From Octopus bimaculoides (taxonomy: Eukaryota): 64,000 nucleotides of DNA. The DNA lies in assembly GCF_001194135.2 (NCBI RefSeq), contig NC_068985.1, positions 46,182,050 to 46,246,049 of the forward strand, in the 5' to 3' direction. Shown here one piece after another: positions 63,390-64,000 of the stretch. The first letter of the stretch is position 1. Each line of letters begins with the position of its first letter. The translations under genes were made by a program, and so were the position numbers. Below the pieces are notes generated by a model, which worked only from the letters and a program-made list of their open reading frames with translations, had not been told where the DNA came from and did not search any database.

Positions 63390-64000
63390 ATTGGCAGAAT
63401 TGTTGGACAAAATACCTTGTAGTATTACTTCTGGCTCTCTCTCTATTCTCAATTCAAATCCCTCCGAGGCCAGGTTTACTCTTTATCTCTTTGGGGTTTT
63501 AACAAAATAAAGCACCTGTCAAATAACCAAGGCCCATGGTGTTGTTTAACTCTCATCACTCAAAAAAATTGCTTGTCTTGTACCTAAATAGAAACAACTG
63601 ATGTTATTGTAATGATTATGAATGCTTCAATGTTGAAAGTTTGTTGAATTTGTAGCTGTCATCCCTCAAGGGATAAAAGAAATACCATTGTGTTAATTCT
63701 GATTCTTCCTACATAAAAAGTGAATGTGTACCAACAGCATTATTGTTGATGTTGAATGTCCTTAAGAAAGGTGTGAATGCCACCAGATCTCACGAATTTT
63801 CATGGTAATGTAAAAAAGTTATTATTGGGTCGACTTTGCCTTTCGTCCTTTCGGGGTCGATAAAATAAGTACCAATTGAACACTGGAGTCGATTAAATCA
63901 ACTTATCTCTTTCCCTGAAAATGCTGGCCTTGTGCCAGAATTTGAAACCATTACCATTATTAAGGCAGTGAGCTGGCAGAATCATTAGCATACTGGACAA
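63390..64000 (+). mobile_element. Cluster of family B SINE pieces (about 63390-63600, 63825-63950, and a head from 63962 running off the window)
   Basis: gaattggcagaattgtt, gggtcgactttgcctttcgtcctttcggggtcgataaaataagtacc, aaggcagtgagctggcagaatcattagc. Confidence 0.85.

Overview
This is AT-rich eukaryotic genomic DNA with 12 N-gaps and very dense (TA)n, (CA)n, (AAT)n, (CAT)n and (AGT)n microsatellites. The repeat families look like those of coleoid cephalopods, most likely an Octopus draft assembly (inference from recalled SINE families, not database-checked). I recognise no complete protein-coding gene, rRNA, genuine tRNA, CRISPR array or prokaryotic system, and almost all ORFs in the track are microsatellite or gap artefacts. 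Most of the window is intron-like or intergenic DNA filled with transposons: several tRNA-derived SINE families (my labels A-E), four RTE-clade LINE relics, a Penelope-like GIY-YIG relic, and piggyBac-, hAT- and mariner-type MITEs, several with clear TIRs and TSDs. A CpG-retaining island at about 45-52.3 kb looks like a promoter region. It has a candidate spliced ORF start running left (minus strand) and candidate 5' exons running right (plus strand), including a 37-nt exon with recursive-splicing architecture. The best leads are minimal hammerhead-ribozyme-like motifs with non-canonical position 6, the recursive-splice exon with an exon-junction hairpin, two 6-nt microexon candidates, and several long fold-back hairpins. 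All are hypotheses from hand reading; splice-site-like patterns arise often by chance in this sequence type.
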